Shown one piece after another: positions 10,272-21,066 of a stretch of 64,000 nucleotides of DNA. The position numbers were made by a program, and so were the translations under genes. Where the stretch lies: assembly GCA_037446255.1 (NCBI GenBank), contig JBBIIY010000001.1:10550-74549 (forward strand), written 5' to 3'. The number at the start of each line of letters is the position of its first letter. Positions within the stretch are counted from its first letter, which is position 1. Below the pieces are notes generated by a model. The model saw only the letters and a list, made by a program, of their open reading frames with translations, did no database searches and was not told the DNA's origin. Origin of the DNA: Coprothermobacterota bacterium (GTDB taxonomy: Bacteria > Coprothermobacterota > HKB111).

Positions 10272-10730
10272 ATGAAAAAAGTGGAAGAAAGAATTGAGGA
10301 GATTGCCCGAGAAGTGGCTGAATCCAGGGGGCTTGTGCTACTGGAAGCAGAATATTTTCCCAGTAAAATTTCTATAATCCGCTTATACCTTTATAGAAAA
10401 GAAAGACAGGTCTCTTTAAAGGATTGCGAACAGGTGTCCAGAGAAGTTGAACTGATATTTGATGATGAAAACTTCATACCTGGGTCTTATACTCTGGAAG
10501 TGTCTTCACCGGGTTTATTCAGAAGAATCAAACACCAACAGGAATATGTTCTTTTTTTGAATCAAAGAATCAGAGTTTTGTATCGGGATGAAATGAATAG
10601 TACTATAGATGTGACGGGAATAATTTTCCGTACAGGGGAAAACAGTCTAATTTTAGATTTAGGAGAGGAAGGATTGTTGACAATTGATTTTAAAGCAATA
10701 TTACAGGCTAATTTAGCCCCGGAGATATAA
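10272..10730 (+). CDS. rimP: Ribosome maturation factor RimP
   Basis: Sequence VEERIEEIAREVAESRGLVLLEAEY... matches RimP. I chose the ATG at 10272 (ribosome-binding site aaagga) over the GTG at 10230, which overlaps the leader hairpin and has no spacing. Confidence 0.85.
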   Translation: MKKVEERIEEIAREVAESRGLVLLEAEYFPSKISIIRLYLYRKERQVSLKDCEQVSREVELIFDDENFIPGSYTLEVSSPGLFRRIKHQQEYVLFLNQRIRVLYRDEMNSTIDVTGIIFRTGENSLILDLGEEGLLTIDFKAILQANLAPEI

Positions 10731-10731
10731 G

Positions 10732-11784
10732 ATGGCCAGTAGGGAATTAATATCAGCAGTAGAAGAAATTGAGAAACTGAAAGGCATTCCTAAAAATAGG
10801 ATTATTGAAGGAATTAAAAAAGGCATTACCTCGGCTTATAGAAAAAAGTATGGTGCGGGTGAATTTTTTGTAGATATTAATGAAAAAAGCGGTGAACTCA
10901 GATTATTAGTCAGGAAAAAAGTAGTGAAAGAAGTACTGGACCAAGCTATGGAAATTAATCTTACTGAAGCTTTAAGTTTTAACCCGAATCTTCAAATTGA
11001 TGACACTTTAGACATTTACCTACCTATACCTAAGGAGTTTGGAAGGATTGCAATTCAAGTAGCCAGGCAGATAATATCCCAGACTGTTCGTGAAGGAGAA
11101 AGAGAAGCAATCATTAGTAATTTTGCGGCTCGTGAGGGAGATATTGTTTTAGGCCAGATATGGAGAAGAGATTCTAAAGGGTATTATGTTAGACTTTCCG
11201 TTGGTGAAGGACTCTTACCAATTAAAGAACAGGGTCAGGAACAATACAACATGGGCGATAGATTAAAAATATTCATTTTGAAAGTAGAGCAAACACGGCG
11301 AGACCCGGTGGTTATTGTATCTAGATCTCACCCAGGATTGTTAAGGAAAATTATGGAAATGGAGATTCCTGAAATACAACAAGGTCAAGTAGAAATAGTA
11401 GATATAGTTAGAGAGGGTGGTTTGAGGTCTAAGGTAGCAGTTCGTTCTCGTAACGACCGAATTGAACCGGTAGGTTTATGTATTGGACCGAAGGGTCATC
11501 GTATTCAAAGTATAATTCACGAACTTAAAGGCGAAAGAATTGATATTATCAAATGGAGTAAAGACCTAAAAGAGTATGTTACCAATTCGTTAAGCCCTGC
11601 CCAGGTAAGCAGAGTGGAGATTTTAGAACAAAATAATCCCGAAAGTACTCGCGAAAAGGTCGCGAGAGTTTATGTGCCCAAGACAGGAAACGCTAAATCT
11701 GTGGCTATTGGGTCTCGAGGTTTAAATGTCCATTTAGCTGCTCGCTTAACCGGTGTAAAAATAGATATAATTGAGGAAGAGTGA
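10732..11784 (+). CDS. nusA: Transcription termination/antitermination factor NusA
   Basis: 350 aa with S1 and KH domains (GDIVLGQIWRRDSKGYYV, CIGPKGHRIQSII). Canonical position after rimP. Confidence 0.95.
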   Translation: MASRELISAVEEIEKLKGIPKNRIIEGIKKGITSAYRKKYGAGEFFVDINEKSGELRLLVRKKVVKEVLDQAMEINLTEALSFNPNLQIDDTLDIYLPIPKEFGRIAIQVARQIISQTVREGEREAIISNFAAREGDIVLGQIWRRDSKGYYVRLSVGEGLLPIKEQGQEQYNMGDRLKIFILKVEQTRRDPVVIVSRSHPGLLRKIMEMEIPEIQQGQVEIVDIVREGGLRSKVAVRSRNDRIEPVGLCIGPKGHRIQSIIHELKGERIDIIKWSKDLKEYVTNSLSPAQVSRVEILEQNNPESTREKVARVYVPKTGNAKSVAIGSRGLNVHLAARLTGVKIDIIEEE

Positions 11785-12074
11785 AAACTGATCCATTAAG
11801 AACCTGTATTGTATGCAAAAGTGAGTTACCTAAAACTAAATTGCTAAGGTTAGTGAGAATTAATAATTGTATTCAGTTTGATTTTAGTTATAAATTATCC
11901 GGCAGAGGAGCCTATGTATGTCCTCAAACCGGATGTATCAAGGGTATATTGAAAAAAGGAATTCTTGATAAGCATCTAAAATTGGATGTTGCTACCAAAG
12001 AAGCCAGCAATATACTTGCCTATTTAATGGAGTATATAAAACAGAGAAATGATGAGCAAATTAAGCCCTCGTGA
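11781..12074 (+). CDS. ylxR: YlxR/RnpM family protein (DUF448)
   Basis: PLRTCIVCKSELPKTKLLRLV...GRGAYVC motif. Canonical position between nusA and infB. GTG start overlaps the nusA stop. Confidence 0.8.
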   Translation: MKTDPLRTCIVCKSELPKTKLLRLVRINNCIQFDFSYKLSGRGAYVCPQTGCIKGILKKGILDKHLKLDVATKEASNILAYLMEYIKQRNDEQIKPS

Positions 12075-13830
12075 GTTAGCCAAAAAAAATGGATTAGATG
12101 TAAAAGAAGTAATTAAAACCTTAGAATCTTTGGGTCATAAAGTAGCGGAAACATCTAAAAAAATTGATGAAGATACAGCTCAGATGGTTATAGAGCTGTT
12201 GAGCAAGAGTGAGACTGTTTTAGAACAGATATTAGATAAGCCTTCAGCTGATTTAATTGTTAATGACCTACCTCCTTCACCAGATGAAGAATTAAAAATA
12301 GAAAAACCTTCTCCATCAGTTGAGCCAGGGGTGAAGAAAGATTCCAGCGTTATTTCTAAAGCACCTGTGGTCACCGTTATGGGGCATGTAGACCATGGTA
12401 AAACTACTTTATTAGATACTATCAGGAAAACAGCAGTAGCAACTGGTGAGGTAGGAGGAATAACCCAGAAAATAGGCGCTTATGAAGTAAAAATAAAAGG
12501 CAGGTCTATTACCTTTATCGATACTCCTGGTCATGAAGCTTTTACTTCAATGCGAGCACGTGGAGCCCAGGTTACTGACCTGGTTTTACTGGTCGTAGCA
12601 GCAGATGAAGGGGTTAAACCACAAACACTGGAAGCATTAAACCATGCTAAAGCAGCTAAAGTACCGGTTATGGTAGTAGTAAATAAAATTGATAAACCAG
12701 GTTCGGATAACCAGAAAATTAGACAAGAATTATCCTCCTATGGATTGTTGCCAGATGTTTGGGGTGGGGATACCGTATATGTTGATGTTTCAGCAAAAGT
12801 GGGTACAAATATTCAGGAATTATTGGATATGGTTGTAACTTTTACCGAAATCCTGGAATTAAAAACCGATCTTGGAGTACCGGCTTTGGGGGTAATCATA
12901 GAATCCAGGATGGATAAAGGTAGAGGACCTCTGGCTACAGTAATATTAAGGGAAGGGGTACTCAGGATTGGCGATTATATCGAGGCTGATAAAGTAGTAG
13001 GTAAAATTAAATCTCTGGTTGATAGTTTTGGTAAGCCAATAAAAGAAGTTCTACCATCAATACCTGTGGAAATCAGTGGTTTTACAGAAATTCCCCCGGC
13101 AGGTTCCCTGATTAGAATAATTTCCTATAAAGAAGCCAGAGATAAACTTTCAGACCAGCAAAAAACACCCTCAGAGCAAGCTGCTAAACCTCTTCCCAGC
13201 CTGGAGGAAATACTAAAAAGAAAAGAACAGGAAAGTAAAACAGTTGATTTTATTTTAAAAGCAGATTCTGTCGGATCTATGGAGGCTTTAAGCCAGTCTG
13301 TATTAAAACTTTCTTATGAAGGTATTTCTCCCACTATTTTACACAAAGATGTAGGAGGCATAAATAGTTCAGATGTAAACTTGGCTTATGCTTCCAGTGC
13401 CATCATCGTGGGATTTAATGTCAGGCCCGACCCTCCAGCAAATCATCTCATTGAAGAATTAAACATTCCTGTAAAATTGTATCGTATCATATACCAGGCT
13501 TTAGAAGATATAGAGAACTTACTTAAGGGAGCGGTAGTTAAAGAAGAAGTAGAAAAGGTAATAGGTAAAGCCAGAATACAGGCACTTTTTAAGGTTCCTA
13601 AAATAGGAGTGGTTGCTGGATGCCTGGTTATCTCCGGTAAAGCAACCAGGAATTCCCTGGTCAGAGTAATTAGAGATGGCATAGTCCTGCGAGAGGGTAA
13701 AATTGCCTCTTTAAGAAGATTTAAAGATGACGCTAAAGAAGTTTCTGCTGGGATGGAATGCGGTATTCGTTTGGAAGGTTATCAGGATTTCTTTGAAAAC
13801 GACGATTTGGAGTTCTTCATAAAGGAATAG
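12049..13830 (+). CDS. infB: Translation initiation factor IF-2 (short form)
   Basis: 593 aa with G-domain motifs [25 protein letters not shown] and VNKIDK. It lacks the long N-terminal extension seen in many bacteria. Confidence 0.95.
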   Translation: MMSKLSPRELAKKNGLDVKEVIKTLESLGHKVAETSKKIDEDTAQMVIELLSKSETVLEQILDKPSADLIVNDLPPSPDEELKIEKPSPSVEPGVKKDSSVISKAPVVTVMGHVDHGKTTLLDTIRKTAVATGEVGGITQKIGAYEVKIKGRSITFIDTPGHEAFTSMRARGAQVTDLVLLVVAADEGVKPQTLEALNHAKAAKVPVMVVVNKIDKPGSDNQKIRQELSSYGLLPDVWGGDTVYVDVSAKVGTNIQELLDMVVTFTEILELKTDLGVPALGVIIESRMDKGRGPLATVILREGVLRIGDYIEADKVVGKIKSLVDSFGKPIKEVLPSIPVEISGFTEIPPAGSLIRIISYKEARDKLSDQQKTPSEQAAKPLPSLEEILKRKEQESKTVDFILKADSVGSMEALSQSVLKLSYEGISPTILHKDVGGINSSDVNLAYASSAIIVGFNVRPDPPANHLIEELNIPVKLYRIIYQALEDIENLLKGAVVKEEVEKVIGKARIQALFKVPKIGVVAGCLVISGKATRNSLVRVIRDGIVLREGKIASLRRFKDDAKEVSAGMECGIRLEGYQDFFENDDLEFFIKE

Positions 13831-13836
13831 TGCAGG

Positions 13837-14124
13837 ATGTCTATTGGTACTGGCAAAGTAGCCTTAAGACTGCCAGGTATTAAAACACTGAAAGATAGAA
13901 GAAATCTCATGAGAAGGATTTCAGCATTTTTAAAAAAGAATTATGAGCTTTCATTAGTGGAGATCAATACAGAGGATGTCGCGAATATGTCAGTCCTGGA
14001 ATTAGCTCGAGCAGCACATTCCAGTGTGATTGCTATGTCAATCTTAAACAAAGCTATAGATGCTATAGAGGATAACTTTGATTGCCTGGTTGTTGGTAGA
14101 GAAGTGAAGGTTTTGGAGGTTTAG
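13837..14124 (+). CDS. DUF503 (YlxP-like) protein
   Basis: 95 aa with the pattern L.LPGIKTLKDRR...SLVEINTEDV, resembling YlxP. Canonical position between infB and rbfA. Confidence 0.7.
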   Translation: MSIGTGKVALRLPGIKTLKDRRNLMRRISAFLKKNYELSLVEINTEDVANMSVLELARAAHSSVIAMSILNKAIDAIEDNFDCLVVGREVKVLEV

Positions 14125-14126
14125 AT

Positions 14127-14474
14127 TTGAGTTTTAAAAAAGAAAGATTGGAATCCCAGATAAAAAAGGAAATCGGAGAAATACTAATAAAAGATATGGG
14201 AAATCCAGCTCTTACGCATACTACAGTAACCGGGGTAAAAATTTCGTCCGACTTTAAACATGCTTCTATTTATCTTAGTACCTATGGTACACCCCGTGAA
14301 AAAAAATTATCGGTAAACATTATGAACAATAACTCTCCAGGGATAAGGAGGGAACTCGCCAAGAGAATCAGGACCAGATATATTCCTGATTTTACCTTTT
14401 TTGAAGACTATGCCATTGAAAAAGGATTTAGAGTTGATGAAATTTTAAATGAGATCAATAAAGGAAACAAGTAA
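14127..14474 (+). CDS. rbfA: Ribosome-binding factor A
   Basis: RbfA-like KERLESQIKKEIGEILIKD...HASIYLS. TTG start with a ggagg ribosome-binding site 7 nt upstream. Confidence 0.85.
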   Translation: MSFKKERLESQIKKEIGEILIKDMGNPALTHTTVTGVKISSDFKHASIYLSTYGTPREKKLSVNIMNNNSPGIRRELAKRIRTRYIPDFTFFEDYAIEKGFRVDEILNEINKGNK

Positions 14475-15432
14475 CAATCTATTTGAATTATTAACAAAAC
14501 ATACCCCCTTATTAATCATCACCCATGAAAACCCTGATGGAGACGCTATTGGTGCGATTTTTGGCTTAAAAACATTTTTAAATCATCACTCTCTTAGTTC
14601 TAAGGTTTTACTTAGCGATACTCTTCCTTCAGCGTATATAAATTTAGTAAATAAAGAAGATTATGAATATTTAACAAATACCGAAAACTTTAGCCAATAT
14701 AAGGGAATTGTGGTTCTTGATTCAGCAAATGTATCAAGAACTTTTTTAAATGATTTAACTTCATTTGAAACAAATCCTGTTATTTTCAATATTGACCATC
14801 ATATAAGCAATGATTTATTCGCTGACTATAACTGGGTAGAACCCGGTTGGTCATCAACCTGCGAGGGTCTGGTCAGGCTTCTTAAAGGAGAACAAGCTTT
14901 ACCCAAAGAAACAGCCAGGTTGTTTTTAATGGGCATCCTTACTGATACAGGCTATCTTACTTTTTCAGCAGCTGGTCCGGATACTTTAGAGATAGTTGCT
15001 AATCTTTATAAAAGTGGTGCCAGTATTTCTGAGATTCACCGCTCAGTAAAAGAAAATATGAATAAAAACCAGTTGAAGTTATGGGGATATACCATTTATA
15101 ATTGCCAATATGAGGATAAATATGGAATTATCTGGAGCATCATACCTAACCAGATTTATTCAAGCCTAAAGGTAAAAGAGGGTGATTCTGAGGGTTTAGT
15201 AGAATTTTTCAGAAGATACCGGGATTGCCGTTTAGCCTTGCTCATCAGGGAGGTGGAACCATCAAAATTTAGGGTCAGCCTCAGGTCAAAAGGAGAAGTT
15301 GATGTTAATTCCCTTGCCTTAATATGGGGTGGAGGAGGACATCCGCGAGCAGCAGGGTTTACCATATCCGGAGAACTAAATTCAGTTATAAACGAAATAC
15401 TAACTATAATTAAAGGAAATATCGGTATATGA
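14449..15432 (+). CDS. nrnA: DHH/DHHA1 family nanoRNase / pAp phosphatase NrnA
   Basis: IITHENPDGDAIGA (DHH motif) and C-terminal GGGGHPRAAG (DHHA1). Overlaps the rbfA end by 26 nt. Confidence 0.8.
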   Translation: MRSIKETSNNLFELLTKHTPLLIITHENPDGDAIGAIFGLKTFLNHHSLSSKVLLSDTLPSAYINLVNKEDYEYLTNTENFSQYKGIVVLDSANVSRTFLNDLTSFETNPVIFNIDHHISNDLFADYNWVEPGWSSTCEGLVRLLKGEQALPKETARLFLMGILTDTGYLTFSAAGPDTLEIVANLYKSGASISEIHRSVKENMNKNQLKLWGYTIYNCQYEDKYGIIWSIIPNQIYSSLKVKEGDSEGLVEFFRRYRDCRLALLIREVEPSKFRVSLRSKGEVDVNSLALIWGGGGHPRAAGFTISGELNSVINEILTIIKGNIGI

Positions 15433-16325
15433 AATCATTAGCAATTATTGGGTCATTTGATGGTGTCCACCTCGGACATCAACACTTAATAAAAGAAGCA
15501 AAAGATATGGCTTTAAGGTGTGGGTTATTATTAACCGCTATTACCTTTGAGCCTCAACCATCTTTGTTTTTTAACCGAACCTCCCTGGTATTAAGTTCCT
15601 TAGAAGAAAGACTTCTCTTACTCAAAAAATATGGGATTCCTCGGGTAGAAGTTCTTGATTTTGAATCTGTATATAATTCCACTCCTGAAGAGTTTTTAAG
15701 GGACATACATACTGAAATTCAAGTTTGCCAGGTAGTGGTTGGAGAGAATTTTACTTTCGGTAAAAATAAAGAAGGGGATGCTCTTACTCTGGTAAAGTGT
15801 GCTTCTGAGATAGGCATGGAAGCCAGGGTAGTACCGCTTTTTTCCAACTCTTCAGAAACTATTTCCAGCTCAAAAATCAGGATGCTCATAAACGAGGGAA
15901 AGTTAGAAGAAGCAAACAATATGTTAGGGCATCCCTATTTAATTTATGGTTCGGTGGTAGCTGGAAAAAAGATTGGAACGCAAATTGGATACAAGACTGC
16001 TAATATGAGACCTCCCGGCTACAAACTTCTCCCTCCACAGGGAGTTTATGCTGCTTGGGTTAATTATAGGGGTAATTGTTACAGAAGCGTGTTAAATATA
16101 GGTATTAACCCAACTTTTAACCGCAACACTATAATACCTGAAGTGCATATTTTAGACTATTCACAAAATTTGCTGGGTGATTTTCTGGAAATATACCCGG
16201 TAAAATATATCAGGGAAGAGAAGAGATTTAACGGAACAGAGAAACTGAGAGAAGCAATATCTCAGGATATAGAAAAAACACGAAATTTACTTAACATTGT
16301 GTCTATACCAGATTTTATGTTATAA
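15429..16325 (+). CDS. ribF: Bifunctional riboflavin kinase / FMN adenylyltransferase
   Basis: [12 protein letters not shown] at the N-terminus and the C-terminal riboflavin kinase region [24 protein letters not shown] overlap with nrnA. Confidence 0.85.
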   Translation: MKSLAIIGSFDGVHLGHQHLIKEAKDMALRCGLLLTAITFEPQPSLFFNRTSLVLSSLEERLLLLKKYGIPRVEVLDFESVYNSTPEEFLRDIHTEIQVCQVVVGENFTFGKNKEGDALTLVKCASEIGMEARVVPLFSNSSETISSSKIRMLINEGKLEEANNMLGHPYLIYGSVVAGKKIGTQIGYKTANMRPPGYKLLPPQGVYAAWVNYRGNCYRSVLNIGINPTFNRNTIIPEVHILDYSQNLLGDFLEIYPVKYIREEKRFNGTEKLREAISQDIEKTRNLLNIVSIPDFML

Positions 16326-16356
16326 TTATAAAATAATAAATGAAGGAGGTATATCC

Positions 16357-16626
16357 TTGGTTTTAGAAAAAGATAAGAAAAATGAAGTGATAGCCAGTTA
16401 CGCTGTGCATGAAAAGGATACTGGCTCTCCTGAGGTTCAAGTAGCCCTGATTACAGAAAGGATTCAAAGTCTTTCTACCCATATGAAAATTCATAAAAAA
16501 GATTTTCATTCACGACTGGGTTTGTTTAGATTAGTGGGCCAAAGGAGAAGGCTATTGAGTTATCTTAAGAAAGAAGATTTCAATAGATATGTGGTCCTTA
16601 CTGAACGGTTAAACCTTAGAAAGTGA
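16357..16626 (+). CDS. rpsO: 30S ribosomal protein S15
   Basis: S15 sequence ...[34 protein letters not shown]... Likely TTG start at 16357, 7 nt after gaaggaggt. The ORF-track start at 16297 is probably over-extended. Confidence 0.9.
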   Translation: MVLEKDKKNEVIASYAVHEKDTGSPEVQVALITERIQSLSTHMKIHKKDFHSRLGLFRLVGQRRRLLSYLKKEDFNRYVVLTERLNLRK

Positions 16627-18713
16627 TGAAAAAAATAAAAAAAACAATTAAGTATTATGGTAGAATTCTCGAATTAAGTACAGGTGATTGGGCAAAACAG
16701 GCCGGTGGGTCAGTGGTAGTGCGTTATGGTGATACCGTGGTTCTGGTTGCTGTCACTGCAGATAAAAAAGATAAAGAAGATCTGGACTTTCTTCCCCTTA
16801 CAGTTGAATACAGCGAACGAATGTATGCTGCTGGGAAAATACCCGGTGGTTACTTTAGAAGGGAAGGGAGACCAACAGAAGAAGAAATACTTAAATCCAG
16901 GTTAATAGACAGGTCTATAAGGTCACTATTTCCTGCAGAGTTCAAAAAGGAAATTCAAGTTGTGGCGACTGTTCTCTCGGTTGACCAAGAAAATCTTCCT
17001 GATATTCTCGGGATAATCGGAGCTTCTGCAGCTTTGTGCATTTCTAACATTCCTTTCTCTATTCCCGTGGGAGCAGTCCGAATCGGTAAAATAAACGGTG
17101 AATATGTAGTTAATCCAGTAGCTCAAGAGTTGGATATGAGTTCACTTGACCTGGTAGTTACAGCTACAGAAGATAATGTAGTGATGATAGAGGCTAACGC
17201 AAAAGAAATCCCTGAAGAACAAATATTAGAAGCGATGGTAATTGCCAGGGAAGCAATGAAACCTATTATTAACCTGATTAAAGAGCTGGTTAATGAAATA
17301 AACCCTCAAAAATATGCTTTAGAAACAGTTGAATATGATAATGAATTAGTTGATAAAGTAAAAAGGTTTATAGAAGAACGATTCAGTAGGGGAGACTTTC
17401 AAACCGGTGATAAGCTTCAGCGAGAAGATGCGATAGAATTACTCCTTGAAGAAGGGGTAGAATATTTAAAAGAAGATAGTTCAGAAAAAGAGATACTATT
17501 ACGATCTCTCATCTTCAAATATTTTAAGTCTGCCTTCAGACATCAGGTTATTCACAATAAACTAAGAATTGATGGTAGAAAACCTGAAGAAGTTAGAGAA
17601 ATTGGTGTTTCTACAGGTGTTTTGCCGAGGGTTCATGGTTCAGCTATATTCAGCAGGGGTCAAACTCAGGTGCTTACCACTGTAACTCTGGGAGCAATTC
17701 AAGATGTTCAGCATATTGATGGGCTAGGTATGGACGAGTACAAAAGGTATATGCATCACTATAACTTTCCACCCTACTCAGTTGGTGAAGCCAGACCCTT
17801 GAGAGGTCCTGGAAGAAGAGAAATAGGACATGGGTCACTGGCTGAAAGAGCCATTGTACCTATATTACCTGAAGAAGAAATATTTCCCTATACCATTAGA
17901 ACGGTCTCTGAGGTTTTAGAATCAAACGGTTCCACCTCTATGGCCTCGGTATGCGGCAGTAGTCTGGCATTGATGGATGCTGGTGTTCCCATAGTAACTC
18001 CTGTAGCAGGTATCTCTATTGGTTTAATTAAAGAAGGACAGGAATTTGTCCTTCTGGTAGATATACAGGGAATTGAAGATGCTCTGGGAGATATGGATTT
18101 TAAAGTAGCAGGAACTCGAACCGGAGTAACTGCTATTCAGCTGGATAATAAAACTGCTGGCATTGAGGATAACCTTATAAAAGAAGCTTTTGAGGAAGCA
18201 CGCAAAACCCGTAATTTTATCCTTGACTGTATGGAAAAAAATATATCATCATCAAGGGCTGATCTCTCATTGTATGCTCCACATATCACCTCCTTTGAAA
18301 TAGAAGCCAGTAAAATTGGCGAATTAATAGGTCCAGGAGGCAGGGTGATTCGTAAGATAAGCCAGGATACTGGGGCTCAAATTGATATTAAAGACTCGGT
18401 TGGTAAAGGTTATGTAACTGCTCCTAGTAAAGAGGCTTTGCTAAAAGCTCAAAAATACATTGATGCAATTATAAAAGGTGTGAAAGTTGGAGAAACTTAC
18501 GAAGGCAGGGTTACCCGGATAATGCCTTTTGGTGTTTTCATAGAAATAGCTCCTTCTAAAGAAGGTTTGCTACATAATTCTCAGGTTATCAATACTTATA
18601 AGTCAAGAGGCCAGGTTAACTTGAATATAAATGACCAGGTAATGGTTGTGATAAAGGAAATAGATCATTTAGGAAGGATAAATCTTACTCAGAAAGGTTC
18701 AACTGAAGATTAA
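16626..18713 (+). CDS. pnp: Polynucleotide phosphorylase
   Basis: About 695 aa with two RNase PH domains, KH and S1. Canonical position after rpsO. The ATG overlaps the rpsO TGA (TGATG). Confidence 0.95.
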   Translation: MKKIKKTIKYYGRILELSTGDWAKQAGGSVVVRYGDTVVLVAVTADKKDKEDLDFLPLTVEYSERMYAAGKIPGGYFRREGRPTEEEILKSRLIDRSIRSLFPAEFKKEIQVVATVLSVDQENLPDILGIIGASAALCISNIPFSIPVGAVRIGKINGEYVVNPVAQELDMSSLDLVVTATEDNVVMIEANAKEIPEEQILEAMVIAREAMKPIINLIKELVNEINPQKYALETVEYDNELVDKVKRFIEERFSRGDFQTGDKLQREDAIELLLEEGVEYLKEDSSEKEILLRSLIFKYFKSAFRHQVIHNKLRIDGRKPEEVREIGVSTGVLPRVHGSAIFSRGQTQVLTTVTLGAIQDVQHIDGLGMDEYKRYMHHYNFPPYSVGEARPLRGPGRREIGHGSLAERAIVPILPEEEIFPYTIRTVSEVLESNGSTSMASVCGSSLALMDAGVPIVTPVAGISIGLIKEGQEFVLLVDIQGIEDALGDMDFKVAGTRTGVTAIQLDNKTAGIEDNLIKEAFEEARKTRNFILDCMEKNISSSRADLSLYAPHITSFEIEASKIGELIGPGGRVIRKISQDTGAQIDIKDSVGKGYVTAPSKEALLKAQKYIDAIIKGVKVGETYEGRVTRIMPFGVFIEIAPSKEGLLHNSQVINTYKSRGQVNLNINDQVMVVIKEIDHLGRINLTQKGSTED

Positions 18714-18743
18714 GATATTTATTTTTTTATTTGATAGCGATAA

Positions 18744-20429
18744 ATGAAAAAACTTTTGATGATACCCCTGGGGGGTTTAGGGGAAATAGGTAAAAACTCC
18801 ACTATCTGGGAATACGAAGACCAGATAGTGGTTGTGGATGCCGGGTTAAAATTTCCAGGTGAAGGTGATTGGGGGGTAGATTTTCTAATCCCCGATTTCT
18901 CTTATCTGAAAAACAAAAAAGTATTAGCTGTAATTTTAACCCATGGGCATGAAGACCATGTAGGTGCCTTAGCCTATCTTTTACGAGAAGTAAAAGCACC
19001 TATCTATGGCACACCGTTAACACTCGGATTAGCAGAGCATAGATTAAAAGAACAGAGTATTGATGCAGATCTGGTTTACCTTAAACCTGATGATAATCTT
19101 AAAATAGGACCATTTCATTTTGAGTTCGCCCGACTCAGCCATAGCATACCTGATGGTATAGGTTATGCATTAAACACTCCTCATGGATTGATAGTCCATT
19201 CGGGCGATTTTAAAATTGACAATACCCCTGTTGATGGGCAATACACCGACCTAGCTCGCTTTACCGAGTGGGGTAAAAGAGGGGTTAATTTATTTATGTC
19301 TGATAGTACCAATGCTGACGAACCCGGACAGGTAAAAAGTGAGAAATTGGTGGGGAAAAACCTGGACAGTATTATTTCTACCTGTAAAGGATTAATTGTA
19401 GTTACCACCTTTGCTTCAAATGTGCACAGGGTTAATCAGGTAGCCGAGTATGCTCGTAAAAATGGGAGAAAAGTTGCTGTTGATGGTAAAGCCATGTTAA
19501 AAACCATTGAAACTGCACGCAAATTAGGTTATTTGAAAAGTGTATATGATGTTTTTATCAATATGGAAGATGTTTCGCGACACCCCCGCAACAAAGTGGT
19601 CATTTTGACAACGGGAAGTCAGGGCGAACCAATGTCAGTACTAAGAAGAATGGCTAACAGGGAGTATAAGAAGCTGCAGTTAATTAAAGGTGATTATGTA
19701 ATTATCTCAGCTGACCCTATACCAGGCAATGAAAGGTCGGTAAATAGCATAATCAATAGCATGATGTGGCAGGGCGTGGAAGTATTTCATTCGGAAGTTT
19801 TAGGAGTACATACCTCAGGTCATGCCAAACAAGAAGAGTTAAAACTTTTATTAAGCCTGGTTAAACCAAAATATTTTATGCCGGTGCATGGAGAGGAAAG
19901 GCATCTCGTTTTTCACGCTCGCTTAGCTGAAGAAATGTTAATTCACCCTAAAAGAATAATGTTATTGAATAATGGAGATAAGCTGGAAATTATGGATGGG
20001 AAAATCAGGATAGTAGCGAACTTACCTCTGGATAATATTTATGTTGATGGACTTGGGGTAGGAGACTTAAAGGAAGTAGTTCTCCATGAAAGATCCATAC
20101 TCTCCAGAGAAGGCGTGGTAGTAGTAGGGATTCATCTTTCTGAAAATGGTAAAGAACTGCTTAAAGAACCCGAGGTTAAGGCTATAGGTTTATTGTATGA
20201 AAGAGGTTCCGAAGAAATATTAGCCGAATTAAAAATATATATAAAAAACATGGTTACCACTAGAATGCCCAGCAAGAGAGAATGGGAGAAAAAGATCTCA
20301 CAGTTCTTTTTTGATAAATTAATGAGAAAACCCTATGTGGTAGTGTTATTATTTAATGGTGAAAAAAATTATGAACTACCAGGAAGCAGGGCAGAAGCTA
20401 AGAGAAAGAAGAATATCCCTGAATCGTGA
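18744..20429 (+). CDS. rnj: Ribonuclease J
   Basis: 561 aa with metallo-beta-lactamase HGHEDHVGAL and beta-CASP domains; N-terminus MIPLGGLGEIGKN. Confidence 0.9.
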   Translation: MKKLLMIPLGGLGEIGKNSTIWEYEDQIVVVDAGLKFPGEGDWGVDFLIPDFSYLKNKKVLAVILTHGHEDHVGALAYLLREVKAPIYGTPLTLGLAEHRLKEQSIDADLVYLKPDDNLKIGPFHFEFARLSHSIPDGIGYALNTPHGLIVHSGDFKIDNTPVDGQYTDLARFTEWGKRGVNLFMSDSTNADEPGQVKSEKLVGKNLDSIISTCKGLIVVTTFASNVHRVNQVAEYARKNGRKVAVDGKAMLKTIETARKLGYLKSVYDVFINMEDVSRHPRNKVVILTTGSQGEPMSVLRRMANREYKKLQLIKGDYVIISADPIPGNERSVNSIINSMMWQGVEVFHSEVLGVHTSGHAKQEELKLLLSLVKPKYFMPVHGEERHLVFHARLAEEMLIHPKRIMLLNNGDKLEIMDGKIRIVANLPLDNIYVDGLGVGDLKEVVLHERSILSREGVVVVGIHLSENGKELLKEPEVKAIGLLYERGSEEILAELKIYIKNMVTTRMPSKREWEKKISQFFFDKLMRKPYVVVLLFNGEKNYELPGSRAEAKRKKNIPES

Positions 20430-21066
20430 GCTTGAACAGGTTACCAGCGATTTAAAAATTTCGCAGGAAAAGTTAGAGGCTATCGAAACTGGGGATGCTG
20501 GGTATTTTGGTGATTTATTATTTTATAACTTGTTTTATTCTACTTATGCCCGCTATTTAGGTTTAGAAAGCGAAGATGATCAGCAAATTATTGTACCTGA
20601 AAAATTATATCCAGTAGAAAAAAGTAAGGAAAAAGTTAAAATAAATATAATTTATATTGTTGTTACTATAGTCATAATTATGTTTATTTCGGTATTTATT
20701 TTGTGGAAAGAACTATATAAACCAAAGCAGATAAATGGTAACCAACCGCCTCAAACAGAAGTGCCCATAGATAACAAACCCATTGAAAATCCTCCAATAC
20801 CGCCCTTAGTAAAAGAAGTTGTTGTTAAACTGCTGGTTATCAAGGATAAGTGCTGGCTTCAGGTAAATATTGATGGAAATGATACCCCCGTCTTCAGGAG
20901 AACTCTATTTGTGGGTGATGAAATTGAATTTAAAGGGGAAAAAGAGGTTCGTCTCTGGATAGGTAATGCTGGAGCTATAAAAATAATCGTTAATGGGATA
21001 GAACAACCTGCCATAGGTAAGGATGGAGAAGTTATAAGAGACCTTGTTTTTTATCCTCCCGATTGA
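20371..21066 (+). CDS. rodZ: RodZ-like cytoskeleton protein (N-terminal HTH, single TM, C-terminal DUF4115)
   Basis: N-terminal HTH QEAGQKLRERRISLNRELEQVTSDLKISQEKLEAIE, a TM helix IIYIVVTIVIIMFISVFIL, and a C-terminal beta-rich domain. The start was moved to the ATG at 20371 to reduce overlap with rnj. Confidence 0.65.
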   Translation: MNYQEAGQKLRERRISLNRELEQVTSDLKISQEKLEAIETGDAGYFGDLLFYNLFYSTYARYLGLESEDDQQIIVPEKLYPVEKSKEKVKINIIYIVVTIVIIMFISVFILWKELYKPKQINGNQPPQTEVPIDNKPIENPPIPPLVKEVVVKLLVIKDKCWLQVNIDGNDTPVFRRTLFVGDEIEFKGEKEVRLWIGNAGAIKIIVNGIEQPAIGKDGEVIRDLVFYPPD

